Below are positions 31,112-40,343 of a DNA stretch of 64,000 nucleotides, piece after piece. Both the position numbers and the translations under genes were made by a program. The notes below the pieces were generated by a model. It saw only the letters and a list, made by a program, of their open reading frames with translations. It was not told the DNA's origin and did not search any database. Origin of the DNA: Escherichia phage vB_EcoM_CRJP21; sequence record OQ708376.1. One strand, 5' to 3'. Numbering within the stretch: the stretch's first letter is position 1; the number at the start of each line of letters is the position of its first letter.

Positions 31112-32227
31112 TTAAATATTATCTTGAATCGGTTGGATAGGAGCTTGCCATGAAAGAGTACAAATAATTTCCATTTTTCCATAAGGACTGTTGTTAACAG
31201 AATCGTTGAATACACATGAAATAATTTCATCAACATCGGATGCTGCATGATTAGTTTCATTAACAATAAAACGCATCTGACGATTGATATCAAAGTAGGA
31301 AGTTGGTGCAATTACCGTCCCGCCAATATCTTCTTGTGCTTCACCACCAAAACGTACAAACATATCAGTTACTGGAAGAGAATAAGGTTGTATAACGTTT
31401 ACATCAATATTAGAAACTACATATCCAGCAGGACATGTACCAATAACTAATAGTGCGTTAGTCCATGAGCTATCTATGGTATTTCTAATAGAAATTGTAT
31501 CTTTACCTGGTGCACCTGGTTCGCCTTGTATACCTTGAATACCTTGCTGGCCTTCTTTACCACGGAATAGAATACCCTCACTCCACTCTTTTGAAGGAGG
31601 GGTAGTTGTAGTTACTTCATCAACATAATATAGTTTTCCATCAGTGTTGTTATAAAAACAATAATCAACTGGAAGATTTTCAATACTTGGAAATTGATCA
31701 CCACTGCTATCAATATGGAAACGACCACGCGGACCTTGTTCACCACGGAAAGGTATACCATCACTCCAAGTAGCAGTTACACTTTGATAGAAATAAAGTT
31801 TACCATCTTGAGTATTATAAAATGTATAGTTATTAAAAAGACCAGTTGTTGGGAAAGTAGTTCCAGCACTATCAATGTGGAACGGCTTACCCGCTTCACC
31901 CGTATCACCTTTACCAAACTCAACACTAATCCATGTACTTGTCGGATCTTGTGCATCATTTGATTTAAAGTATAGAGTACTGGTATTGTTAGCCAAGCTT
32001 AAGTAGCACCACCCAAGTGGTTCACCAACTTTAAATTGTTCGGAAGGAATTTCAAAACCAATCTCATTAGGATAAAAGTTTTTACCATTCTCGCCATTCT
32101 GTCCTACAACAAGACCTAAATCTTGAATTGTGTTATCTGCATAGGTTACAATTAAATGCCCAGCACCATTAATAACTAGACTTTTGATGCCGGAGTTATT
32201 ACATGAACCATTAAATGAAATTGTCAT
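31112..32227 (-). CDS. Collagen-like (G-X-Y repeat) fibre protein
   Basis: G-X-Y runs GEQGPRG and GKEGQQGIQGIQGEPGAPGKD; ATG at 32227 (M13 of the track ORF) has an AGGGA RBS, whereas the track start at 32263 is a TTG. Confidence 0.55.
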   Translation of the reverse strand: MTISFNGSCNNSGIKSLVINGAGHLIVTYADNTIQDLGLVVGQNGENGKNFYPNEIGFEIPSEQFKVGEPLGWCYLSLANNTSTLYFKSNDAQDPTSTWISVEFGKGDTGEAGKPFHIDSAGTTFPTTGLFNNYTFYNTQDGKLYFYQSVTATWSDGIPFRGEQGPRGRFHIDSSGDQFPSIENLPVDYCFYNNTDGKLYYVDEVTTTTPPSKEWSEGILFRGKEGQQGIQGIQGEPGAPGKDTISIRNTIDSSWTNALLVIGTCPAGYVVSNIDVNVIQPYSLPVTDMFVRFGGEAQEDIGGTVIAPTSYFDINRQMRFIVNETNHAASDVDEIISCVFNDSVNNSPYGKMEIICTLSWQAPIQPIQDNI

Positions 32228-32337
32228 AATATTTCCCTTGTATGAGTTAATGTCATATACCAATATTTATCAGTACAAAATACATTTCGTTATCATTAAT
32301 AAATAAATGAAAGTTCACTACTAAAAGGGCTTAAACA

Positions 32338-32835
32338 ATGGCATTAAGATCAAAAGACTTTCTCTTCAGAAGAAAAACAAAAGATGGTTCATGGCAAGAT
32401 TTTCCTGAATCTGATAGCTGGTATCCAGCTAACTTGGATTATCACTGGAATGAACAAACGTTACCACTCGCAAGTGGTGGCTACTATGGCTGTACTACAG
32501 GTTTACATACTATTTCATTTACACTACGTAATTTTATTGGTAGAATTTATGTATTAGCTACATTAGCTAGTAATCCTACTGATGATGATTGGTTTCCAAT
32601 TAAATTCACTGAAAGTTGTAATTATTATCTTGAATTTACTGATATGGTTATTTTAAATCCAAATGGTGGGGATTTAATTAGACAACAAGGAACTACCGGA
32701 ACATTTGCTGAAACAGTAACTGGTAATTTTACTTACCTTAAAGTTGGTATAGACCGTGATTATATTAGTAAGTATCCATCAGATGTCCAAAAAAGTTTAG
32801 CTGGGAAGTTAGAACAAATTTTAATTAACTACTAA
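32338..32835 (+). CDS. Hypothetical protein (possible baseplate or fibre accessory)
   Basis: 165 aa with RBS; no recognisable motif. Confidence 0.4.
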   Translation: MALRSKDFLFRRKTKDGSWQDFPESDSWYPANLDYHWNEQTLPLASGGYYGCTTGLHTISFTLRNFIGRIYVLATLASNPTDDDWFPIKFTESCNYYLEFTDMVILNPNGGDLIRQQGTTGTFAETVTGNFTYLKVGIDRDYISKYPSDVQKSLAGKLEQILINY

Positions 32836-32844
32836 GGATTAGAA

Positions 32845-33453
32845 ATGAAATTAGAAACAGAACAACCAAAACTATTTGTTAAAGGTCATGTCCTAATTAC
32901 TGACGTTACTGATCCATCAAATCAAAAAATCGTTTTAGATAAATCTAACGCTATTCACCCTGAAAATATGAGTACTGCCATTGCTAATGCGTTAGCATAT
33001 AATCAAGACAGTACTGGTATTCCTATTGGTTCTATTAGCGAGATGCGTTTTGGTAATGGTGGTACAGTAGTTTTAAGTACTGGTCGTGTTACTTATAAAA
33101 AACCACGTGTTACATCATTCGGTGGTTTGTATTCACAAACATATTTGAAAAAAATCAACCCACGAATTACGGCAGGTATTGATTCACAATACAATAATAT
33201 TACAACTGTACATATACCAGGACAGTCCTATACTGATATTGTATGTATTTGTACTCTAGGGTTAGGTGAACCATCCGACCAAGGTGTAAGCTCAGGGACA
33301 AGCATGGATGGAACTTATGTATTTGATGAATTGGGATTGTACACGGATGGCGATAGTGGTATTCCTTTAACCCATATCATTTTTCACCCAGTTGAGAAAA
33401 GTGCAAACCGTGTCTTACAAATTAAATACACAGTTCGTGTACAATTACAATAA
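32845..33453 (+). CDS. Hypothetical structural protein
   Basis: 202 aa tightly following the previous ORF. Confidence 0.4.
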   Translation: MKLETEQPKLFVKGHVLITDVTDPSNQKIVLDKSNAIHPENMSTAIANALAYNQDSTGIPIGSISEMRFGNGGTVVLSTGRVTYKKPRVTSFGGLYSQTYLKKINPRITAGIDSQYNNITTVHIPGQSYTDIVCICTLGLGEPSDQGVSSGTSMDGTYVFDELGLYTDGDSGIPLTHIIFHPVEKSANRVLQIKYTVRVQLQ

Positions 33454-33465
33454 TGGGGACATATA

Positions 33466-34566
33466 ATGAGTGTTAATTATACAATTTATAGAAGTAATGG
33501 TAGTGTTTATGCTACCATTCCAAATAATGTTATTTTAGGACCAAACCAGCCCGGAAGTAACCCAGTTCCGTTAAATTTAGTTGGTAGAAATAAAGTAAGT
33601 TACGGTCAAGCGTGGAATGAAAACTTTTTACATTTAGTTGAAAATTTCAGTTCAGCATCTGCACCACGTGGCAACGTCAATGGTCAACTTTGGTATAGAA
33701 ACACTGGTAGTACTGGTGAGTTATTGATATCATTAGTTGATAATGCTAGACAACCTGCTGATATGGTAAGTGAAGCTGAATGGGCGTCTATCCCTATGAT
33801 TACTGTTTTTAACACAGTACCTGATGGTGAAAATAGTGTTATGGGTCGTATGGTATTAACTAGTAACGGTGATTCTCTTCGTGTGTTAATGAAAAACAAA
33901 GAATGGCGTGAAATTCAAACATCTAGACCAGAAAACAAAGAGTATTCATCATTATTAGATATTAACTATGATAATGGTAAAAAATATATAGAGTTCACAC
34001 AAAGTAATAGTACTAAACCGATTGCGTATTTTAACTTAGGTGGTACTTCACAAGTAGATACAAATAACTGGACAACATTAACTAATGGTACTGGTGTCTT
34101 TGAATTTGGTAGCAACTATTTCTATGAATTAAAAATTATGATTAGAGAAGTAAATGATTCTTCTGGTGAGATAGTTTCTCTTCCATACAATTCCAAAACC
34201 TTTTTTATAAAAGGGCAATTTTATGTAGATAATCAAGGAACTTTTGTTCCTGGTTCGGTGGGGGCAAGTCAAATGCCAGACCCACGTAGGATTACACAAT
34301 TAGAATCCATTAAAGATGTTATTACCAGTAGTCGCCCAAACTGGGACGTAAATATTGTTATTAATGGTGTAGATCCATCTATCCCAAATCCTAATGGAAC
34401 ATCTAAAGCTGATTATGAAAATTGGGTTATCAATTCTCTAAACTCAAATAAAAATTTAGGTTTTCGAGTTGATGGTAGTATTAGTAATCTAACTGCTGGT
34501 GAATCCGTTAAACTACAAGCATCCGTGTTGTTAAATATTACAGGTATTCCGATTATTGGAGTATAA
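33466..34566 (+). CDS. Putative tail fibre / baseplate protein
   Basis: 366 aa; N-terminal region with PLNLVGRNKVSYGQAWNENFLHLVENF, reminiscent of fibre N-terminal attachment regions (weak). Confidence 0.35.
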   Translation: MSVNYTIYRSNGSVYATIPNNVILGPNQPGSNPVPLNLVGRNKVSYGQAWNENFLHLVENFSSASAPRGNVNGQLWYRNTGSTGELLISLVDNARQPADMVSEAEWASIPMITVFNTVPDGENSVMGRMVLTSNGDSLRVLMKNKEWREIQTSRPENKEYSSLLDINYDNGKKYIEFTQSNSTKPIAYFNLGGTSQVDTNNWTTLTNGTGVFEFGSNYFYELKIMIREVNDSSGEIVSLPYNSKTFFIKGQFYVDNQGTFVPGSVGASQMPDPRRITQLESIKDVITSSRPNWDVNIVINGVDPSIPNPNGTSKADYENWVINSLNSNKNLGFRVDGSISNLTAGESVKLQASVLLNITGIPIIGV

Positions 34567-34597
34567 AAAAAGGAGCCACACGGCTCCTTTTTGTTTT
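34564..34597. terminator. Bidirectional rho-independent terminator
   Basis: A-tract, AGGAGCC-acac-GGCTCCT, T-tract, between convergent genes. Confidence 0.65.
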
Positions 34598-35060
34598 AAT
34601 ATCTATATGGTAAACTGTTGACAAACTGTGTACCTTCACGTATACTTTCCCATAGTGAGTAAAAATCTTTCATTAAGTTTGTGTTAAGTAAAGTATTTTT
34701 AGCACCAGGGTGTAATGGTTTAGGCCAAGAACCAATTCTAACCCAAGCATAACCAGAGCTTTCATGATTTAAAGTTGGTACAAATTCATTCTCAACTACA
34801 ATAACAAATGAATAATATTTAAATTTACCATTTTTTGTACAAAATACATCAAACGGTATAATATCAATAATGTTAGGTATTGAGTTGCCCAACTCTTCTT
34901 TAATTTCTCGCATCAGACCTTGTAGTGGTGTTTCGTTATGTTCAAGCTTTCCACCAACAAATGCCCAGTTGTTAGAATAGGTACTTCTTTCAGAACGCAA
35001 GTTTAACATCATATGTCCAGTACTTTTTGATAAAAATATAGCACCAACCGCTTCATTCAT
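34596..35060 (-). CDS. Nudix hydrolase
   Basis: 154 aa; AGGAGG RBS; Nudix box GGKLEHNETPLQGLMREIKEELG (GX5EX7REUXEEXGU). Confidence 0.75.
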   Translation of the reverse strand: MNEAVGAIFLSKSTGHMMLNLRSERSTYSNNWAFVGGKLEHNETPLQGLMREIKEELGNSIPNIIDIIPFDVFCTKNGKFKYYSFVIVVENEFVPTLNHESSGYAWVRIGSWPKPLHPGAKNTLLNTNLMKDFYSLWESIREGTQFVNSLPYRY

Positions 35061-35073
35061 AACAACACCTCCT

Positions 35074-36417
35074 TTATTTGTCAGTGAAAGTTATTTTCCA
35101 ATATCCCTGACGATACACAGGCATGATACTTTTATGCCATTTAAATTTGTCATTATATCTATAATAACCATTGTCTTCTTTATTATAAATGTAATTTCGT
35201 ACAGTAGATGGATCAATTAATTGTGCACCGTCATTTGTAATTTTAAACAAATAATTTGATGGGATTTCGGTTTCTTTATAAATGATGTTATGTATACTGT
35301 TATTTACATAATATTGTTCAGGTAATGCACTTGAAAGTACTGAATCTTTCTGCACAAACCCATGTATAGTGTAATCAACAGTATAATTGGTATTATCAAG
35401 CTGTACTATAATTTTGTTGGCATCTTCATTTTCACCATACGACGCTATATGACCTTTTAGTGGGTTGTCTTCTTCAATAGATTGTTGAAATTTAATCCCT
35501 ACTTTTTTGTCATCAAAATTTGGTTCTAGATATTTAAGATATTTTTCCCATGAATATATTCCACCGTTGGGAGAAACCGCAGATAGCGATTGGCTAACCA
35601 AGGTAAGTTGGTATGTATCAGGTAAATTATACTTGGAATTAGTAATTTCTTCAACTTTAATGCATAAATTCTTGGGTGTAAAAACATCTGTTATTATATC
35701 TGAATAATTTCCCATTTCAAAATCAAATTCGTCACGAGCACCTTTAATATTTGTAGTAATCTGTTGGATTAATTTTGGTTTTTCAACAATAGCTGGTAAA
35801 GAAAACCATATTGTCGTTTCAAATGTTAAAACCATTATATCCAAATCTGGGTCAGTTCCTTGTGGAAAACCACGAGTAGAAAACTGACAATCTATTAGTT
35901 CAACATCACTAAGCGATGTCCAATCTAACGGGTTATCAGATAATTGAAGTTGTATACTAGGTGCAAACAAAGTTGAGATTTGTTCGAATAATTCCATTTT
36001 AGTTTGAGTTTGAGTTACCCAAATATTCAAATCAAACGTAAAAGTCCAAGGTACTGGGTTATGTCTTACAATTTTGTATTGTGTGTCAAGATCTTTTGTG
36101 TACTCATTAATAGCAGGGGACTTGTTAGACCCCATTACTATAGTTTCGTTGGCATTAGAACGAATATTTTTACGATCCAACTTTAGTTGATTAACACTTA
36201 TGGTCATTATAGGTGCTGATGGGAGAACATTTTCACTATTCCCATTTATAATTGCTGCTGCCATTCTTGAAATATCGGCATAGCGACATGGAACCTTTTT
36301 GTATTTTGGGTTTCCATTAGCATCAATACCATTTTGTACTTGAAATTCACCAAAAACTCTGATAAGATGTTTCAGTACTCTGCGAAATTGACCGTCATAA
36401 TAATAATCTATTTTCAT
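35074..36417 (-). CDS. Tail sheath stabiliser / tail completion protein (T4 gp15-like)
   Basis: 447 aa; N-terminus MKIDYYYDGQFRRVLKHLIRVFGEFQV...PKYKKVPCRYADISRM...LPSAPIMTISVNQLKLD parallels T4 gp15 MFGYFYNSSFRRYATLMGDLFSNIQI...DKFIRVPITYASKEHF...LPRINLHLVDFSYNA. Confidence 0.6.
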   Translation of the reverse strand: MKIDYYYDGQFRRVLKHLIRVFGEFQVQNGIDANGNPKYKKVPCRYADISRMAAAIINGNSENVLPSAPIMTISVNQLKLDRKNIRSNANETIVMGSNKSPAINEYTKDLDTQYKIVRHNPVPWTFTFDLNIWVTQTQTKMELFEQISTLFAPSIQLQLSDNPLDWTSLSDVELIDCQFSTRGFPQGTDPDLDIMVLTFETTIWFSLPAIVEKPKLIQQITTNIKGARDEFDFEMGNYSDIITDVFTPKNLCIKVEEITNSKYNLPDTYQLTLVSQSLSAVSPNGGIYSWEKYLKYLEPNFDDKKVGIKFQQSIEEDNPLKGHIASYGENEDANKIIVQLDNTNYTVDYTIHGFVQKDSVLSSALPEQYYVNNSIHNIIYKETEIPSNYLFKITNDGAQLIDPSTVRNYIYNKEDNGYYRYNDKFKWHKSIMPVYRQGYWKITFTDK

Positions 36418-37907
36418 TCTGTGTCCTTATGTATGCGATAAACAGTATTAGGTTTAACTGCGTCATGTAATGGAACTTTGTTATCACTATTTACAAACTG
36501 TGTAAGTGCTAAGTCTGCACCTTCCCACGGTTTTCTTCCACCATAATCAAAAATAACCCATGAATTCTTAGTTGCATTGAATTCCCATAACGTAACTGGA
36601 GTATAATCGGTGCGATAGAAATAGTCACCATCTACTGCATCAGTTGGGAACATATTTCCTTCAGGGACTGTACCTCGTGCTGGTGGAATTTTAGGACGAT
36701 AATCTTGTTGCGAATCAATATTACCATATACACAATTGGACGTGAATGGTTCATTGACATAAGTTACCTTTGGTTCCCCCCACTTGTCATCATTATACTG
36801 ATAAATGTGTGGTTCTTTATAAAAAATACAAAAATCTTCCACATCTTCTGGTGGAACATCACTGGTAGTATATTCTACATCACAATTTAACCATTTTTTA
36901 GCACTTTTATCATATTGATACAACGTATAACCTGTCACATCTGCGTCATTTTCTTTAAAGAAGAAGTCACCATCCATTGGTTTTCTGGGAAAGATGGTTC
37001 CACGCTTGACTTCCACAGAAATCCATGTATCATTAACAAACTCTTTGAGTACTGGGTATGTTTTTTTCAAAAAATACATTCCATCGGCAGGTTCTTCTGG
37101 AAAATCATAACCGTTAAGCATATATTTTGATAAATCTACTGTATCAGGTCGATCATCATACAAATGTTCGTTTGTATAATGAATATAGGGTACTTCATCA
37201 TCAGCTTGCATGATGATACGGTTCATGATATCCATTTCATTGCCATAGTTACTGTTTTCCGACGAACCATCATCGGTATTTCCATTACCATTATTAGGGT
37301 CATCTGGATTATCAGGATAATTATTGTTACCGAGTAAATCGGAGTACTCAGGTGAGTCGGTTAGCGGTTTAACTCTAAGTTTATAAATGTGATGTTGCCA
37401 CGTAACCGAGTATCCCTCAGATGTACGAAATGCATCTTGGACGACATAGAAGCGGTTTAGACCTGTATCTTTACCCAATACATCAAAATCACGTAAATTT
37501 GGTAGTTCTATCACATCCCCTGGCATGATTTTTCTACCTAAACGCTGCATCATTGTATTATAATGGATTGTGATGTCCATAGTGTTGAAATTAAAGAACA
37601 ATCCTGGGATTTTCAAGTCTGGAGTTGCTTCTTGAACTTGATAGACACAACTAAGTGTGATAGCTTCAAGGTTGTAGTTTCTGTTTGGTGTGTCACCAAA
37701 AATTAAATCGCCAATACTTGACACAACTGATCCTGAAGATGTATAATCACCTCCATAGGATAAGTCAGTGTTGTCAGCAACTTGTTTTGGACCGACATAT
37801 GCATAAAGCCACATGTCAACTCCACCAATGTTGTATTGTTCAGCAATGGCAGAATCAATGAACTTGTAATCATTGGTTCTACCTTTTTTCCACATTCTAT
37901 ATGTCAT
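36414..37907 (-). CDS. Putative neck protein (by position relative to gp15-like; gp13/gp14-like?)
   Basis: 4-nt overlap with the downstream gp15-like gene; ATG at 37907 (M5 of the track ORF) has a GGAGA RBS, whereas the track start is a TTG; acidic N/D/G-rich low-complexity insert; no direct motif match. Confidence 0.35.
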   Translation of the reverse strand: MTYRMWKKGRTNDYKFIDSAIAEQYNIGGVDMWLYAYVGPKQVADNTDLSYGGDYTSSGSVVSSIGDLIFGDTPNRNYNLEAITLSCVYQVQEATPDLKIPGLFFNFNTMDITIHYNTMMQRLGRKIMPGDVIELPNLRDFDVLGKDTGLNRFYVVQDAFRTSEGYSVTWQHHIYKLRVKPLTDSPEYSDLLGNNNYPDNPDDPNNGNGNTDDGSSENSNYGNEMDIMNRIIMQADDEVPYIHYTNEHLYDDRPDTVDLSKYMLNGYDFPEEPADGMYFLKKTYPVLKEFVNDTWISVEVKRGTIFPRKPMDGDFFFKENDADVTGYTLYQYDKSAKKWLNCDVEYTTSDVPPEDVEDFCIFYKEPHIYQYNDDKWGEPKVTYVNEPFTSNCVYGNIDSQQDYRPKIPPARGTVPEGNMFPTDAVDGDYFYRTDYTPVTLWEFNATKNSWVIFDYGGRKPWEGADLALTQFVNSDNKVPLHDAVKPNTVYRIHKDTE

Positions 37908-37949
37908 GATTGTCTCCAAAATAAATCGGGTATATCTTTATTTACCTTG

Positions 37950-37977
37950 TAGACAAACCGTAAGAATGTGATATAAT
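37950..37977 (+). promoter_or_regulatory. Sigma70-type promoter (TAGACA-16-TGaTATAAT) for the ClpA-like gene
   Basis: -35-like TAGACA at 37950-37955, 16-nt spacer, TATAAT at 37972-37977 preceded by AATGTGA; same extended -10 core as P1/P2. Confidence 0.45.
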
Positions 37978-38017
37978 GTTTATTAATTAGAGTGACGTGA
38001 ATCACATAGGAGAATAC

Positions 38018-40306
38018 ATGAATCTTACTCAATTGTTCAAAAAAAGCGACGAACTGGCAACATCTCTAGGTCATACATTCTTGACTATTGACCACGTAAG
38101 TGCCACAGTACTGACTATTGATAGCATCAAGAACGTATTTGAAGATATGAACATTGATGCAGACAAACTGCACAACCGCCTAATGAACTATCTTAAAAAT
38201 ACAACAGTTCCACATGCACCAAAAAGTGTTAAAGATGAAGACGCGAATCGCACTTCACTTCTAGTGAATCGCGTTGTACATGAGCTTTCTAAAAAATCAG
38301 TTATTGAACAACTAAAAAGTGATGATTTTTCGATTGATGCATATTTTGTTCTATTCGAATGTCTGTCTTTCCCTAACACAGCACTAGAAGCTGCGTTAAA
38401 AGAAGAAGGTGTTAGCTGTACTGAAGCTGCACGTGCATTACAGAAACACGTTGAGTCACTTGATAAGGGTATCAACTTACAAAGTATTAATGACGAACCG
38501 ATTGGAGATAAAAAAGTGGCCCAACAGCAGCAATCATCTAAACAAAAAGGTTTGGAAGACTATACAACGAATCTAACTGCTCTTGCAAAAGAAGGCAAAC
38601 TAGATCCTATGATTGGTCGCCAGAAAGAATTGTCTGCATTGATTGAGACTCTTGCTCGCAAAACCAAAAAGAATGCTATTCTCACTGGTGAAGCTGGTGT
38701 AGGTAAAACACAAATCATCGACGGGCTTGCACAAGCTATTGCTGATGGTAACGTACCTGAACACCTAAAAGACGTTGAAATTCTTTCACTAAATGTTGGT
38801 GCATTGACTGCTGGTACTAAGTATCGTGGTGAATTTGAAGAACGCATCGACAATTTGCTAAAAGAACTAAAGAAACGTGAAAATACTATTGTTTTCATTG
38901 ATGAAATTCATATTATGGTTGGGGCTGGTTCCGCAAGTAATGGTTCTATGGACATGAGCAATATGCTTAAGCCAGCACTTTCACGTGGTGAGATTCGTGT
39001 AATTGGTGCAACAACATATGATGAATATCGTAAAAATATCGAGAAAGATAGTGCATTAACTCGTCGTTTTATGAAAATTGACGTAGTTGAGCCGACAATT
39101 GATGAAACTCGTGCAATTGTTAATGGTTTGAAACCAACGTATGAAAAATTCCATAATGTTGAGTTCACATCTGATGCAATGGATGCTGTAATTTCTCTCA
39201 GTGATAAATTCCTGAAGAATAAGCACTTCCCAGATAAAGCAATTGATCTAATGGATGCTGCTGCGGCTAAAGTTCGTTCACGTGACAACAATAGTAAGCT
39301 TATTACTTCCAATTTGATTCAAGAAGTTGTTGCTGGTATTGCCAATTTGGATATCAACGTGGTTGCATGTACTGAAAGTGATCGTATGCGTAATCTACCA
39401 GATGCACTACGCTCACGTGTATACGGTCAAGAGGAAGCTATTCAAAAATTAGTTGATAACGTGATGGTAGCTCGTGCAGGACTGCGTGACAAATCTAGTG
39501 TTCAGGGTGCATTTATGTTTGTTGGACCATCTGGTACTGGTAAAACAGAAATTACCAAAGCATTAGCAGACGCAACTGGTGCGGAACTCATTCGCTTTGA
39601 TATGTCAGAATTTTCTCAAGAACATACTGTTTCTAAACTAATTGGTTCACCTCCAGGTTATGTTGGTCATGATTCTGGTAACGGTTTACTGTTGGATAAA
39701 ATTGAGCAGTTCCCTAATGCAGTACTGTTACTTGATGAAATTGAAAAAGCAGATCGTAAAGTACTACTAACCTTCCTACAGGTTTTGGATGAAGGTCGTC
39801 TGACTGGTTCTCAAGGTAAAACTGTATATTTTAATAACGTAACTGTTATTATGACTACAAACCTTGGTGCGGCTGATTCAACAAAGCGTAGCATTGGTAT
39901 GAGCGGTAGTGACACTGCACAGGACAAGGCAATTAAAGCATTCTTGCCACCAGAGTTTATTAACCGTATTGATAGTATCGTTACGTTTAAAGACCTAAGC
40001 AGTGAAGCTATTGACAGCATCATTGATAAGTTCATGGGTGGTTTGAATGAACAAGTCAAAGACCGTAATGTTAAAGTTACATTGACAAAAGCTGCACGTG
40101 AATGGCTTGCGAAAAATGGGGTAAAAGTTGGTATGGGTGCACGTCCAATGAAACGTACCATTGAACAAAACATTCGTGTACCACTAGCTAAAGAAATGTT
40201 GTGTGGTTCACTTGTGAATGGTGGTAACATTACATTTGATGTTATTGATGGTAAAATCGGTATTAAGCCGAAACGTACCAAAGCTGTAGATAAAGCACTA
40301 GTATAA
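38018..40306 (+). CDS. ClpA-like two-domain AAA+ unfoldase
   Basis: 762 aa from the ATG at 38018 (AGGAG RBS); D1 Walker A GEAGVGKT and Walker B IVFIDEIH; D2 Walker [10 protein letters not shown] and Walker [10 protein letters not shown]; long collinear similarity to E. coli ClpA (e.g. [16 protein letters not shown] vs GREKELERAIQVLCRR); retains [10 protein letters not shown] where ClpA has the ClpP-docking RKSIGLIHQD loop. Confidence 0.85.
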   Translation: MNLTQLFKKSDELATSLGHTFLTIDHVSATVLTIDSIKNVFEDMNIDADKLHNRLMNYLKNTTVPHAPKSVKDEDANRTSLLVNRVVHELSKKSVIEQLKSDDFSIDAYFVLFECLSFPNTALEAALKEEGVSCTEAARALQKHVESLDKGINLQSINDEPIGDKKVAQQQQSSKQKGLEDYTTNLTALAKEGKLDPMIGRQKELSALIETLARKTKKNAILTGEAGVGKTQIIDGLAQAIADGNVPEHLKDVEILSLNVGALTAGTKYRGEFEERIDNLLKELKKRENTIVFIDEIHIMVGAGSASNGSMDMSNMLKPALSRGEIRVIGATTYDEYRKNIEKDSALTRRFMKIDVVEPTIDETRAIVNGLKPTYEKFHNVEFTSDAMDAVISLSDKFLKNKHFPDKAIDLMDAAAAKVRSRDNNSKLITSNLIQEVVAGIANLDINVVACTESDRMRNLPDALRSRVYGQEEAIQKLVDNVMVARAGLRDKSSVQGAFMFVGPSGTGKTEITKALADATGAELIRFDMSEFSQEHTVSKLIGSPPGYVGHDSGNGLLLDKIEQFPNAVLLLDEIEKADRKVLLTFLQVLDEGRLTGSQGKTVYFNNVTVIMTTNLGAADSTKRSIGMSGSDTAQDKAIKAFLPPEFINRIDSIVTFKDLSSEAIDSIIDKFMGGLNEQVKDRNVKVTLTKAAREWLAKNGVKVGMGARPMKRTIEQNIRVPLAKEMLCGSLVNGGNITFDVIDGKIGIKPKRTKAVDKALV

Positions 40307-40343
40307 AAAAAGAAAAGGAGAGCATAATGCTCTCCTTTTTTTA
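40306..40343. terminator. Bidirectional rho-independent terminator between the ClpA-like gene and the giant gene
   Basis: A-tract, GGAGAGCAT-a-ATGCTCTCC, T-tract. Confidence 0.6.

Noticed and set aside
37997-38017. Track start of the ClpA-like ORF at 37997 (GTG)
   Set aside because: The in-frame ATG at 38018 is preceded by an AGGAG RBS at optimal spacing and lies downstream of the predicted promoter; the GTG start lacks an RBS.
38188-40281. Minus-strand ORFs (95, 112, 134 and 156 aa) inside the ClpA-like gene
   Set aside because: These are antisense shadows of a gene with unambiguous AAA+ motifs.
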